This document shows, piece after piece, positions 45,347 through 53,323 of a stretch of DNA of 56,803 nucleotides. Source of the DNA: Candidatus Parcubacteria bacterium (lineage in GTDB: Bacteria; Patescibacteriota; Minisyncoccia; Phycocordibacterales; JAACPR01); NCBI GenBank assembly GCA_039805545.1, contig JBDLUA010000024.1:1-56803 (forward strand), written 5' to 3'. Made by a program: the position numbers and the translations under genes. The notes beneath the pieces were generated by a model that saw only the letters and a list, made by a program, of their open reading frames with translations, was not told the origin of the DNA and did not search any database. How positions within the stretch are numbered: the first letter of the stretch is position 1; each line of letters begins with the position of its first letter.

Positions 45347-46249
45347 ATGCCGATAGAATCCTTTGGTGGAAGTATAGAGAGTCAGAAAGTTGAAAATATT
45401 CAAGATTATATTAAAAACACAAAAACCCTCGAAGAGCTCTATGGCATATTAAACTCAACAGAAGATATTCTCGGGACGCAAGGTTCTTATACTGGTACTG
45501 AACTTATTCAAATTATTGAAGCTATTAAATCAAAAGAACTACCACTTGAATCACTTACAAAAACATTTGGTCTTCGAGATAAAGTATATGAAATTCTTGG
45601 TGATACTGTGATTTCTTCTGAGCTTGAAGAAAGAAAAAAATTTAAGGATGCCGTGAACTCATCAAATTCTTTCGATGAGTTGATGGAAGTTTTAGGTGAT
45701 GCACAAGAATATAATATAACTAACGATGAATACTTTAATGCACAAGAAGCAATTAATTCTATTAGCCTAATTAAAAATAAGCAAGCTAACGTAGAAGTAA
45801 TTGTTCCTGCGTATGGTTTAAGAGATAAAGTTCAAGAGCTATTATTGAGAGAAGTTGCGAATGAAGAAGTGGAAGAAATTTCTGTAGAAAATCCCATCAA
45901 GATAGAACAGGTACCTTCTGAAAGTATAGAGAAATTAAAACCAGAAGAAAATAAATCTCTGACAGTGGAAGAAAAACAAAAAATAGAAGAACGTCTTGAA
46001 CAAATAGCTGCAAACTCTGAGATAATTAATATTCAAATTCAGAGAAAAGAAGCACAGATAGTTGAACTTTCAAAACCTAAAGGAAATAAATTTTTAAATA
46101 AAGTAAAAGGCCTGTTTGGTTTTAGAAAAGAAGATTCTATGAAAAATCCTGAAGTAGAATTACTTATTGAAGAGGAACGACAGCTTGCAAAACAGATGGA
46201 TGATCTAATGCGTGAGAATTCTGAGCTACTTAAAAAACTTCAAGAATAG
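45347..46249 (+). CDS. hypothetical protein with two internal similar segments (AYGLRDKV / TFGLRDKV) and a coiled-coil tail
   Basis: 300-aa ORF. No motif recognised. Confidence 0.45.
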   Translation: MPIESFGGSIESQKVENIQDYIKNTKTLEELYGILNSTEDILGTQGSYTGTELIQIIEAIKSKELPLESLTKTFGLRDKVYEILGDTVISSELEERKKFKDAVNSSNSFDELMEVLGDAQEYNITNDEYFNAQEAINSISLIKNKQANVEVIVPAYGLRDKVQELLLREVANEEVEEISVENPIKIEQVPSESIEKLKPEENKSLTVEEKQKIEERLEQIAANSEIINIQIQRKEAQIVELSKPKGNKFLNKVKGLFGFRKEDSMKNPEVELLIEEERQLAKQMDDLMRENSELLKKLQE

Positions 46250-46253
46250 ATAT

Positions 46254-46655
46254 ATGAAAAAAGGATATAAAGAAAATATTGAAAAATTTACAGTAGATAA
46301 TTCAAATTTTAGAAAAGTACTTTATACAGGCGCACATATACAACTTGTACTTATGTCGCTCAAGCCTGGTGAAGATATTGGATTAGAGGTTCATACGGAA
46401 AATGATCAATTTTTTAGATTTGAAAAAGGAGAAGGGAAGGTTATTGTAGGAGAAACAGAATATATTGTTGGAGATGGAGATGTAGTAATCGTACCTGCTG
46501 ACACTCAACATAATGTTATTAATACTTCTTCAGTTGAAGATCTCAAACTTTATACTATATATGCACCATCACATCACAAGGATGGAATTGTCCGATTTAC
46601 CAAACAAGAAGCAATCGAGAACGAGGAAGATTTTGATGGTGTTACAAGTGAGTAA
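46254..46655 (+). CDS. cupin-domain protein
   Basis: GEDIGLEVHTENDQFF and GDVVIVPADTQHNVIN cupin motifs. ATG at 46254 is preferred over the GTG at 46212, which overlaps the upstream gene. Confidence 0.75.
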   Translation: MKKGYKENIEKFTVDNSNFRKVLYTGAHIQLVLMSLKPGEDIGLEVHTENDQFFRFEKGEGKVIVGETEYIVGDGDVVIVPADTQHNVINTSSVEDLKLYTIYAPSHHKDGIVRFTKQEAIENEEDFDGVTSE

Positions 46656-46944
46656 GATTTTGGTTTAAAATATGTATTTAAAAAATTTGACCACATTTTT
46701 TATTTTTTTAAACATAAAAAAGATGCCAATAATACCCTTGAAAATAAGTACTTTTAAGGATAGTTAATTCCAATATGGGCGAAAAAATGTTCTAACTATA
46801 AAATATTAATAAAGTTGGGGATATCTCAAACTAAACATCTATAGACTTCGTATACTAAATACAGTAGTTGAAAAGCTATGAACGCCTTATCTGTTTTTAA
46901 ATGGATAGGGCTATAATTATCAGAGAATTTAGTAGTGAGTTTTT

Positions 46945-47487
46945 ATGCAAAAAATTACAGATTGGACAAAAATTATTCTTGGATTCGTACTTTGTCTTGC
47001 CTTCCGACTTGTCCCTGTGCGACTTCCAAATATCGAACCGCTTCTTTCAACACAAATGCCATTCTCAAAAGTATATGGAGCACATGTTGCTTTTATATTC
47101 GGATTCATGAGTATTGTGTTGTTTGATGTACTGACTGCAAAAGTAGGTATTTGGACAATTATTACAGGTATTATATATGGAGTACTTGGTATTTGGTCAG
47201 TATCTTTTTTCAAAAAAAGAGAAATGAAAAGAATCAATTATGTAAAATTTGCAATTCTCGCAACGCTATTCTTCGATGCAGCTACAGGTCTTACCATTGG
47301 ACCATTGTTCTTCCAACAGACATTCATGCAAGCACTTATTGGTCAGATTCCTTTTACGATTTTGCATTTGATCGGTAACGTAACTTTTGCACTCACACTT
47401 AGTCCATTAATTTATACATATATTAGTACCAACAAGAATGTTGAACGATATATGGGACGGCTGATTTTTAATAGTACAAAAATATAA
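46945..47487 (+). CDS. small polytopic membrane protein, possibly an ECF-type vitamin (B12?) S-component
   Basis: 180 aa with 5-6 TM helices. Lies immediately upstream of B12-dependent nrdJ. Assignment is by context only. Confidence 0.4.
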   Translation: MQKITDWTKIILGFVLCLAFRLVPVRLPNIEPLLSTQMPFSKVYGAHVAFIFGFMSIVLFDVLTAKVGIWTIITGIIYGVLGIWSVSFFKKREMKRINYVKFAILATLFFDAATGLTIGPLFFQQTFMQALIGQIPFTILHLIGNVTFALTLSPLIYTYISTNKNVERYMGRLIFNSTKI

Positions 47488-47491
47488 TCGT

Positions 47492-49783
47492 ATGGCAAAA
47501 ACAAAACCAAAAGCAAAAGTTAAAGTAAAATCTGCGTTGGATAAAATACAAAAAAGAAACGGAGAGGTAATGCCTTTTGATGAAAAAAGAATCACAAGAG
47601 CAATATTTCGAGCAATGCAACAAACAGGAGAGGGTGCTGATGCTGAAGCAGAAAAGGTAATGCAGTCTGTTGTAAAAGCTCTTGAAGAAATTTCAAAACA
47701 ATCAAAAGAAAAAAAGTTTGTTCCACATGTTGAGTTAATTCAAGATGTTGTAGAACGACAACTTCTTGCACTTAACTATTTTTCAACTGCAAAATCATAT
47801 ATTTTGTATAGACAAGAACGAGCAGAGGTTAGGACAAAAGTTGGTTTTGTGCCGGAAAAAGTAAAAGAACTTGTAAATGAAAGTAAGCAATACTTCAGGA
47901 ACTCTCTTGCAGAATTTGTATATTATCGAACATATGCAAAATGGATACACGAAGAAGGAAGACGAGAAACATGGATTGAAACAATCGATCGATATGTTGA
48001 TTTCATGAAGGATAATCTCAATGGTAAGTTAACAAAAGCTGAGTATGAAGAAATAAGACAATACATACTTTCTCAACAAGCACTCCCATCAATGCGGCTT
48101 ATGCAATTCTCTGGTAAAGCAGCACGAAAAACAAATGTGTGTGCATATAACTGTTCATTTATTGCACCAAGAACTATTCAAGATTTTGCAGAAATTATTT
48201 ATATCTCAATGTGTGGTACAGGAGTTGGATATACTGTAGAGAGTTCAAATATTCAGGCACTTCCACAAATTCAAAGACAGACAGGAAAAAAACTTCCTAC
48301 ACATGTTGTTGCCGACAGTAAGGAGGGGTGGGCTGATGCATTTGCACTTGGTATGAAGACTTGGTTTGAAGGAAACGATATTGATTTTGATTACTCGCTT
48401 CTTCGACCAGCTGGAGCACGGCTTAATACTATGGGAGGAAAGTCCTCTGGACCAGATCCGCTTAAGTCGCTCATTGCATTCACAAAAGAACGGGTACTTG
48501 CACGACAAGGACGAAGACTTACAAACCTTGATGCCCATGATATTATTTGTAAGATTGGAGAATGTGTAGTATCAGGAGGAGTTCGACGAAGTGCACTCAT
48601 CTCACTTTCAGATCTTGATGATGAAGCAATTCGAGACTCAAAGAAAGGACAATTTTATCTTACCGAAGGACAGCGAATGCTTGCAAATAACTCTGCTGTA
48701 TATTTACAAAAACCATCAGTTGAAGAATTTCTTGATGAGTGGACAGCACTTGTAAAGTCAGGATCAGGAGAACGAGGAATCTTTAATCGAGGTGGTCTTG
48801 CACAAACTCTTCCAAAGCGAAGACTAGATCAATTTGAAGATGGAATATATCCAAACTGGGGAACTAATCCTTGTGGAGAAATCATCCTTCAATCAAAACA
48901 ATTTTGTAACTTGAGTGAAGTTGTTGCTCGAGCAGAGGATACAGAAGAAACTTTGATAAAAAAGATAAGAATCGCAGCTATTCTTGGTACATACCAATCA
49001 ACACTTACATACTTCCCATATCTTTCAAAAGAATGGAAAAAGAATTGTGAAAAAGAAAGACTCCTCGGTGTTTCTATTACGGGTCAATGGGATTCAAAAG
49101 TTGCACGAGATCCTAAAGTACTTGAGAAATTAAAACAAGTTACAATTGAAACAAATAAAAAATACGCTAAGAAATTTGGAATTACACCTTCAACATGTAT
49201 TACATGTGTAAAACCTTCAGGGAATGCATCTCAAACAGTAGACTGTTCATCAGGAATGCACGCACGATATGCGCCGTACTATATTCGACGAGTTCGAATT
49301 TCTTCTACAGACGCACTCTTTAAGATGCTTCGAGACCAAGGAGTTCCATATCATCCTGAAGTTGGACAAACAATGGAAGATGCAAATACATTTGTAATTG
49401 AATTCCCTGTGAAGGCTCCAAAGGGTGCTATCTGTAAAGATGATCTTTCTGCGATTGATCAACTTGAACACTGGAAAGTTGTAAAAGTTCACTATACAGA
49501 ACATAATCCATCAGTAACTATTTCAGTCGGAGAAGATGAATGGATTGCGGTAGCTAACTGGGTGTACGAGAACTGGGATCTTGTTGGAGGACTTTCATTC
49601 CTTCCACGATCAAACCATGTATATCAACTTGCTCCATATGAAGCTATTACAAAAGAGAAGTATGAAGAAATGGCAAGACAGTTTGAGCACATTGATTTCT
49701 CTAAGATTGTGACATATGAAAAAGTTGATGAAACAGAAGTGAAGAAAGAACTTGCATGTGTTGGTGGACTTTGTGAAATCTAA
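47492..49783 (+). CDS. nrdJ: adenosylcobalamin-dependent (class II) ribonucleotide reductase
   Basis: 763 aa with an N-terminal ATP-cone (KRNGEVMPFDEKRITRAI), the NPCGEI active-site loop and class II architecture. Confidence 0.9.
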   Translation: MAKTKPKAKVKVKSALDKIQKRNGEVMPFDEKRITRAIFRAMQQTGEGADAEAEKVMQSVVKALEEISKQSKEKKFVPHVELIQDVVERQLLALNYFSTAKSYILYRQERAEVRTKVGFVPEKVKELVNESKQYFRNSLAEFVYYRTYAKWIHEEGRRETWIETIDRYVDFMKDNLNGKLTKAEYEEIRQYILSQQALPSMRLMQFSGKAARKTNVCAYNCSFIAPRTIQDFAEIIYISMCGTGVGYTVESSNIQALPQIQRQTGKKLPTHVVADSKEGWADAFALGMKTWFEGNDIDFDYSLLRPAGARLNTMGGKSSGPDPLKSLIAFTKERVLARQGRRLTNLDAHDIICKIGECVVSGGVRRSALISLSDLDDEAIRDSKKGQFYLTEGQRMLANNSAVYLQKPSVEEFLDEWTALVKSGSGERGIFNRGGLAQTLPKRRLDQFEDGIYPNWGTNPCGEIILQSKQFCNLSEVVARAEDTEETLIKKIRIAAILGTYQSTLTYFPYLSKEWKKNCEKERLLGVSITGQWDSKVARDPKVLEKLKQVTIETNKKYAKKFGITPSTCITCVKPSGNASQTVDCSSGMHARYAPYYIRRVRISSTDALFKMLRDQGVPYHPEVGQTMEDANTFVIEFPVKAPKGAICKDDLSAIDQLEHWKVVKVHYTEHNPSVTISVGEDEWIAVANWVYENWDLVGGLSFLPRSNHVYQLAPYEAITKEKYEEMARQFEHIDFSKIVTYEKVDETEVKKELACVGGLCEI

Positions 49784-49792
49784 TATAAAATT

Positions 49793-50371
49793 ATGCTGTA
49801 TACAAAAAAAGGTGATACCGGAACAACAAAACTCTTCGACTCTGCTTCAGGAGAGAGAGTTTCAAAAGATGATATTATCTTCGAAGCATTGGGAACTGTT
49901 GATGAACTGAATTCATCAATAGGGTATGCAAAGGCTTTGATAAATCTTGAACCAATTCCTTTTATGCTTACTATTGCGGATAAGGCTGTAGCACTTCAAG
50001 AATTATTAGAATCTCTTCAAAATAATTTATTCTCAATTCAAGCAGAGCTTGCTGGTTCAAAAAATATGCTTGATAAAAGTAGTGTCGAATATGAAGAACA
50101 AATTATCGCTGCAGTAGAAGAAGTTATTCCTTCGATAAATTCATTCCTTATTACTGGGGGAGATATTGTGTCAGCCTATCTTGATGTATGTAGAACTGTT
50201 GCACGGAGAGCTGAGAGATTGACCGTTAAGGCTTCTTTACAGTATCCAGATCGTGTATCACAACTCTTGTTACAGTATCTAAATCGATTGTCTAGTGTAT
50301 TATATGCATTAGCACGGTTTGTAAATCACACACAAAACTTACAAGAAAATCCTCCTACATATAATAAGTAG
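49793..50371 (+). CDS. PduO-type ATP:cob(I)alamin adenosyltransferase
   Basis: YTKKGDTGTTKLFD N-terminal signature and a four-helix-bundle-length protein (192 aa). Confidence 0.9.
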   Translation: MLYTKKGDTGTTKLFDSASGERVSKDDIIFEALGTVDELNSSIGYAKALINLEPIPFMLTIADKAVALQELLESLQNNLFSIQAELAGSKNMLDKSSVEYEEQIIAAVEEVIPSINSFLITGGDIVSAYLDVCRTVARRAERLTVKASLQYPDRVSQLLLQYLNRLSSVLYALARFVNHTQNLQENPPTYNK

Positions 50372-50377
50372 AAGGTC

Positions 50378-50431
50378 GGGCATCGCCCGCACGAGCGCGG
50401 TGAGCACACTACGCTGGTGCGGGCGATGCCC
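50378..50431. repeat. 15-bp perfect GC-rich hairpin with no U-run
   Basis: gggcatcgcccgcac ... gtgcgggcgatgccc with a 24-nt loop, directly after the adenosyltransferase stop. Confidence 0.6.
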
Positions 50432-50439
50432 AAATTAAC

Positions 50440-50601
50440 AATTCAATCATATATACAGGGAAGTGAGGTGAAATTCCTCCACAGTGCCGCTACGGTTAAA
50501 GTCCGATTACTATATATATGTTCATTAATCCCGAGCAGGAATTTCGATACAATGTATTGTCTCGTCGGCATATTCCTCTCATAAAGAGGTTTTTTATTTT
50601 T
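50440..50601 (+). promoter_or_regulatory. cobalamin riboswitch-like leader with a terminator expression platform
   Basis: acAGGGAAgtgAGGTGaAAttCCtccaCaGtgCCGCtACgGTtaaAGTCCG (50455-50505) resembles the B12 aptamer core. Hairpin cctct-cataa-agagg (50575-50589) plus T-run 50590-50601, just before the ATG at 50602. Confidence 0.5.
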
Positions 50602-51150
50602 ATGAGAAAAAAATACAACAAAAGAAAAGAAGGATTCGTACTTGTCCTTATTGCGTTAGGTTTGTTTGTTGGTGGTGCATATGTGTATTCAAGTAAAAAT
50701 CTAGAAGCACGTCATCCCCGTGTAGACGGGGATCAAGGAATAAAAACTTATTCTCAAGACCAAAATTCCTTAGTACGTCATCCTCGCGAAGGCGAGGATC
50801 CAGGAGTTGAACCGCTGGATTCCCGTTCTTTTACATCTAACAATGTTGAGAATAAAAAAGAAAATATTGAACACAGGGCCATATTAAAATTCTCAGATCA
50901 AACAGTAGAATTTTCTATTTCAAATAATACTACTGTATATGATGCAATGAATGCTCTTATGTCAGAAGGAAAAATAAGTTTTGAAGGAAGAGAGTATCCT
51001 GCGCTCGGATATTTTATGACTTCAATTGGGTCGCTTGAAAGTGGTGATGGAAAAAATTTAATGTATTACATAAATGGAAAAGAAGCTTCGCTTGGAGTTT
51101 CTTCATATGTTGTACAAGAGGGAGATATTATTGAATGGAAATTAAAATAA
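50602..51150 (+). CDS. membrane-anchored DUF4430 (transcobalamin-like B12-binding) protein
   Basis: Start re-set to ATG 50602, because the track start at 50518 lies inside the leader/terminator. TM anchor. C-terminal TVYDAMNALM...YPALGYFMTSIG...YYINGKEASLGVSSYVVQEGDIIEW. Confidence 0.7.
   Translation: MRKKYNKRKEGFVLVLIALGLFVGGAYVYSSKNLEARHPRVDGDQGIKTYSQDQNSLVRHPREGEDPGVEPLDSRSFTSNNVENKKENIEHRAILKFSDQTVEFSISNNTTVYDAMNALMSEGKISFEGREYPALGYFMTSIGSLESGDGKNLMYYINGKEASLGVSSYVVQEGDIIEWKLK
50708..50737 (+). repeat. palindromic element copy C (variant stem), in-frame inside the CDS
   Basis: cacgtcatccccgtgtagacggggatcaag with stem atccccg/cggggat. Translated as RHPRVDGDQ. Confidence 0.7.
50775..50803 (+). 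repeat. palindromic element copy D, in-frame inside the CDS
   Basis: acgtcatcctcgcgaaggcgaggatccag is identical to 6082-6110. Translated as RHPREGEDP. Confidence 0.8.
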
Positions 51151-51157
51151 AACAGAT

Positions 51158-53290
51158 ATGAAAAAGAATTTTTACATTATATTAGTTGCCGGAGTACTCT
51201 TTGCGTCACAAGTATTTGCGCAAGAGGTTCCAGAACAAACAGTTGAACAAACAGAACCTGTAGCACAAGAAGAAATTATTGGTACTCCAATTGAAAATAT
51301 TTCATATTCAGAAACAACTCCTGAGATTGAGTCTATTGTTTTAAAAACTGATGAAGAAATTAATGTTGATACAGTCAATGTTGTTGCAACTTCAACTACA
51401 ATCGCATCTTCAACTAGTTCAACTCCTACGACTGTAATTCTTGATGGTGGAGATGAAGTACTTAGGGATGATGTACATATTTTTATTCGAAACAGCGCGA
51501 CAGTAGTATTTGATGGAAATACCGAAGTGGATACTGAGAATGAAATAATCGAAGTTACAGATATGAATAATGTGACGCACGAAGTTTCTTCTCAAAGTGT
51601 GCTCGCGTATTTACTCAAAGCAGATAGTGAAAGCGATTCATTTGATATTACAAAGCTTCAATACTTTGATGCATATGGTTCTTTCTATTTAAAATGTATT
51701 TCTGTTTCAGGAACAGAGTATTGTGATAATTGGCAATATCTCGTAGATGGATTTAGTCCTTGGACTGGTATTGATCAAACATATGTAGAGAAAGGAAATA
51801 CAATTGGAGTATATTTTGGAAATCCATATCAAGTTGTATTCAGTACAAATGAGTTTTTTACAGGAATCCCTTTTGTTGCAACGGCCCAGCAGTATGAATA
51901 TCAAACAAACACATGGCTTCCTCGAACAGGTGTGACACTTGGAGTCACTGTTCCAGACCCAAATAATCCATGGTCTCCATTTGAATTAGTCACAACTCCT
52001 GTTGATATAAATGCAGAGGCTTCGTTTACAATTGCAACATCAGGCGAATATATGATTGGGGTACAGGATGATTATTATTATCCTTCTTATACTATTACTG
52101 TTGCTACTACAACTTCAACATCTACAGACTCAGGTAATTCATCAGGCGGTGGAAGTTCAAAGAATAAAGAATTTGATATTCCTGCAGCAATTAGTTTTAT
52201 CAAAAATCTACAAGGATCAAACGGTTCGTATGGTGGGAGTGAATTATATAGTGACTGGGTTGCAGTTGCCTTTGGTTCTGTTTCAGAAGAAGATTCAAAA
52301 CTGCAATCATATCTGAGTTCAAAATCAAAAATAAAAGATATGGCCACAGATAATGAGCGGAGAGCAATGGCTATTCTTGCATCAGGAAAAAATCCATACA
52401 AATTCAATGGGGTAAATTACATTCAATCAATTGTCGGTGATTTTGATGGAACACAAATCGGAGATAAGAGTTTGGTGAATGACGATATATTTGGAATTCT
52501 CGTTCTTGGTAAGTCAGGATATGAATCATCAGATTTAGAAGTTCAAAAAACAATTTCATTTATTCTTTCAAAACAACTTTCAAATGGTTCATGGGAGAAT
52601 AGTTATGATCTTACTGCAGCGGCAGTTCAATCATTGATTCAATTTGATTCTGTAGCAGGAGTTTCTTCTTCACTTTCAAAAGCAAAGAATTATCTAAAGG
52701 CAGGACAGCAGGCTGATGGTGGATGGGGAAATACATACACAACTGCATGGGTTGCTCAAGCAATGTATGATCTTGGAGAAAATTGGTCAAAGAATTCAAA
52801 GAGTGCGCAGGACTACTTTGCAAATGCACAAAAAACAGATGGTGGTGTATTAAATTCAAGTGATGAGGAAGAAAATAGAATTTGGGCAACAAGTTATGTA
52901 ATTCCTGCCGCGCTCGAATTATCTTGGAATGATATTCTGCAAGAAGTTTCAAAACCAAATACATGGGGTAATTCAAATTCTTCTGATACAAACTCAACAA
53001 CAACTGCAACATCGACGGTATCTCTTGTTATGGAAGAAAATATCGAGAATTCAACAACAACTGCAACTACTACAGAACAAGTTCCACTTTTGAAAAAAGA
53101 ATTTGTAGCACCACTCAGTACAGCACAAGTTGAACTTACAAACTCAACAACAAGCACTTCAACAATTCCTGTACAAGTGCAAAATGTTGAAGCAGAACAA
53201 ACACCTCGGTTTAAAGTGTGGTGGGTGTACGTGCTTGGAGGAGTTCTGTTTTTAGGGATTGGAATTAAATTAGTGTTAAAAAATAAATAG
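51158..53290 (+). CDS. surface protein with a DUF4430 domain plus a prenyltransferase/transcobalamin-alpha-like repeat domain and a C-terminal TM anchor
   Basis: Signal peptide. DUF4430-like VLAYLLKA...YGSFYLKCISVSG...WQYLVDG. Alpha/alpha-toroid repeats (SNGSWENSYDLTAAAVQSL, ADGGWGNTYTTAWVAQAM). C-terminal hydrophobic helix. Confidence 0.65.
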   Translation: MKKNFYIILVAGVLFASQVFAQEVPEQTVEQTEPVAQEEIIGTPIENISYSETTPEIESIVLKTDEEINVDTVNVVATSTTIASSTSSTPTTVILDGGDEVLRDDVHIFIRNSATVVFDGNTEVDTENEIIEVTDMNNVTHEVSSQSVLAYLLKADSESDSFDITKLQYFDAYGSFYLKCISVSGTEYCDNWQYLVDGFSPWTGIDQTYVEKGNTIGVYFGNPYQVVFSTNEFFTGIPFVATAQQYEYQTNTWLPRTGVTLGVTVPDPNNPWSPFELVTTPVDINAEASFTIATSGEYMIGVQDDYYYPSYTITVATTTSTSTDSGNSSGGGSSKNKEFDIPAAISFIKNLQGSNGSYGGSELYSDWVAVAFGSVSEEDSKLQSYLSSKSKIKDMATDNERRAMAILASGKNPYKFNGVNYIQSIVGDFDGTQIGDKSLVNDDIFGILVLGKSGYESSDLEVQKTISFILSKQLSNGSWENSYDLTAAAVQSLIQFDSVAGVSSSLSKAKNYLKAGQQADGGWGNTYTTAWVAQAMYDLGENWSKNSKSAQDYFANAQKTDGGVLNSSDEEENRIWATSYVIPAALELSWNDILQEVSKPNTWGNSNSSDTNSTTTATSTVSLVMEENIENSTTTATTTEQVPLLKKEFVAPLSTAQVELTNSTTSTSTIPVQVQNVEAEQTPRFKVWWVYVLGGVLFLGIGIKLVLKNK

Positions 53291-53323
53291 AAAGTAAAAG
53301 ATAGATGCTATAATAGGGAGTAT

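Noticed and set aside
46656-46944. Second cobalamin riboswitch upstream of the S-component-like gene and nrdJ
   Set aside because: The region is very AT-rich and lacks the AGGGAA/GGUG..CC/CCGC core and the B12 box. Only generic promoter-like sequence is visible.
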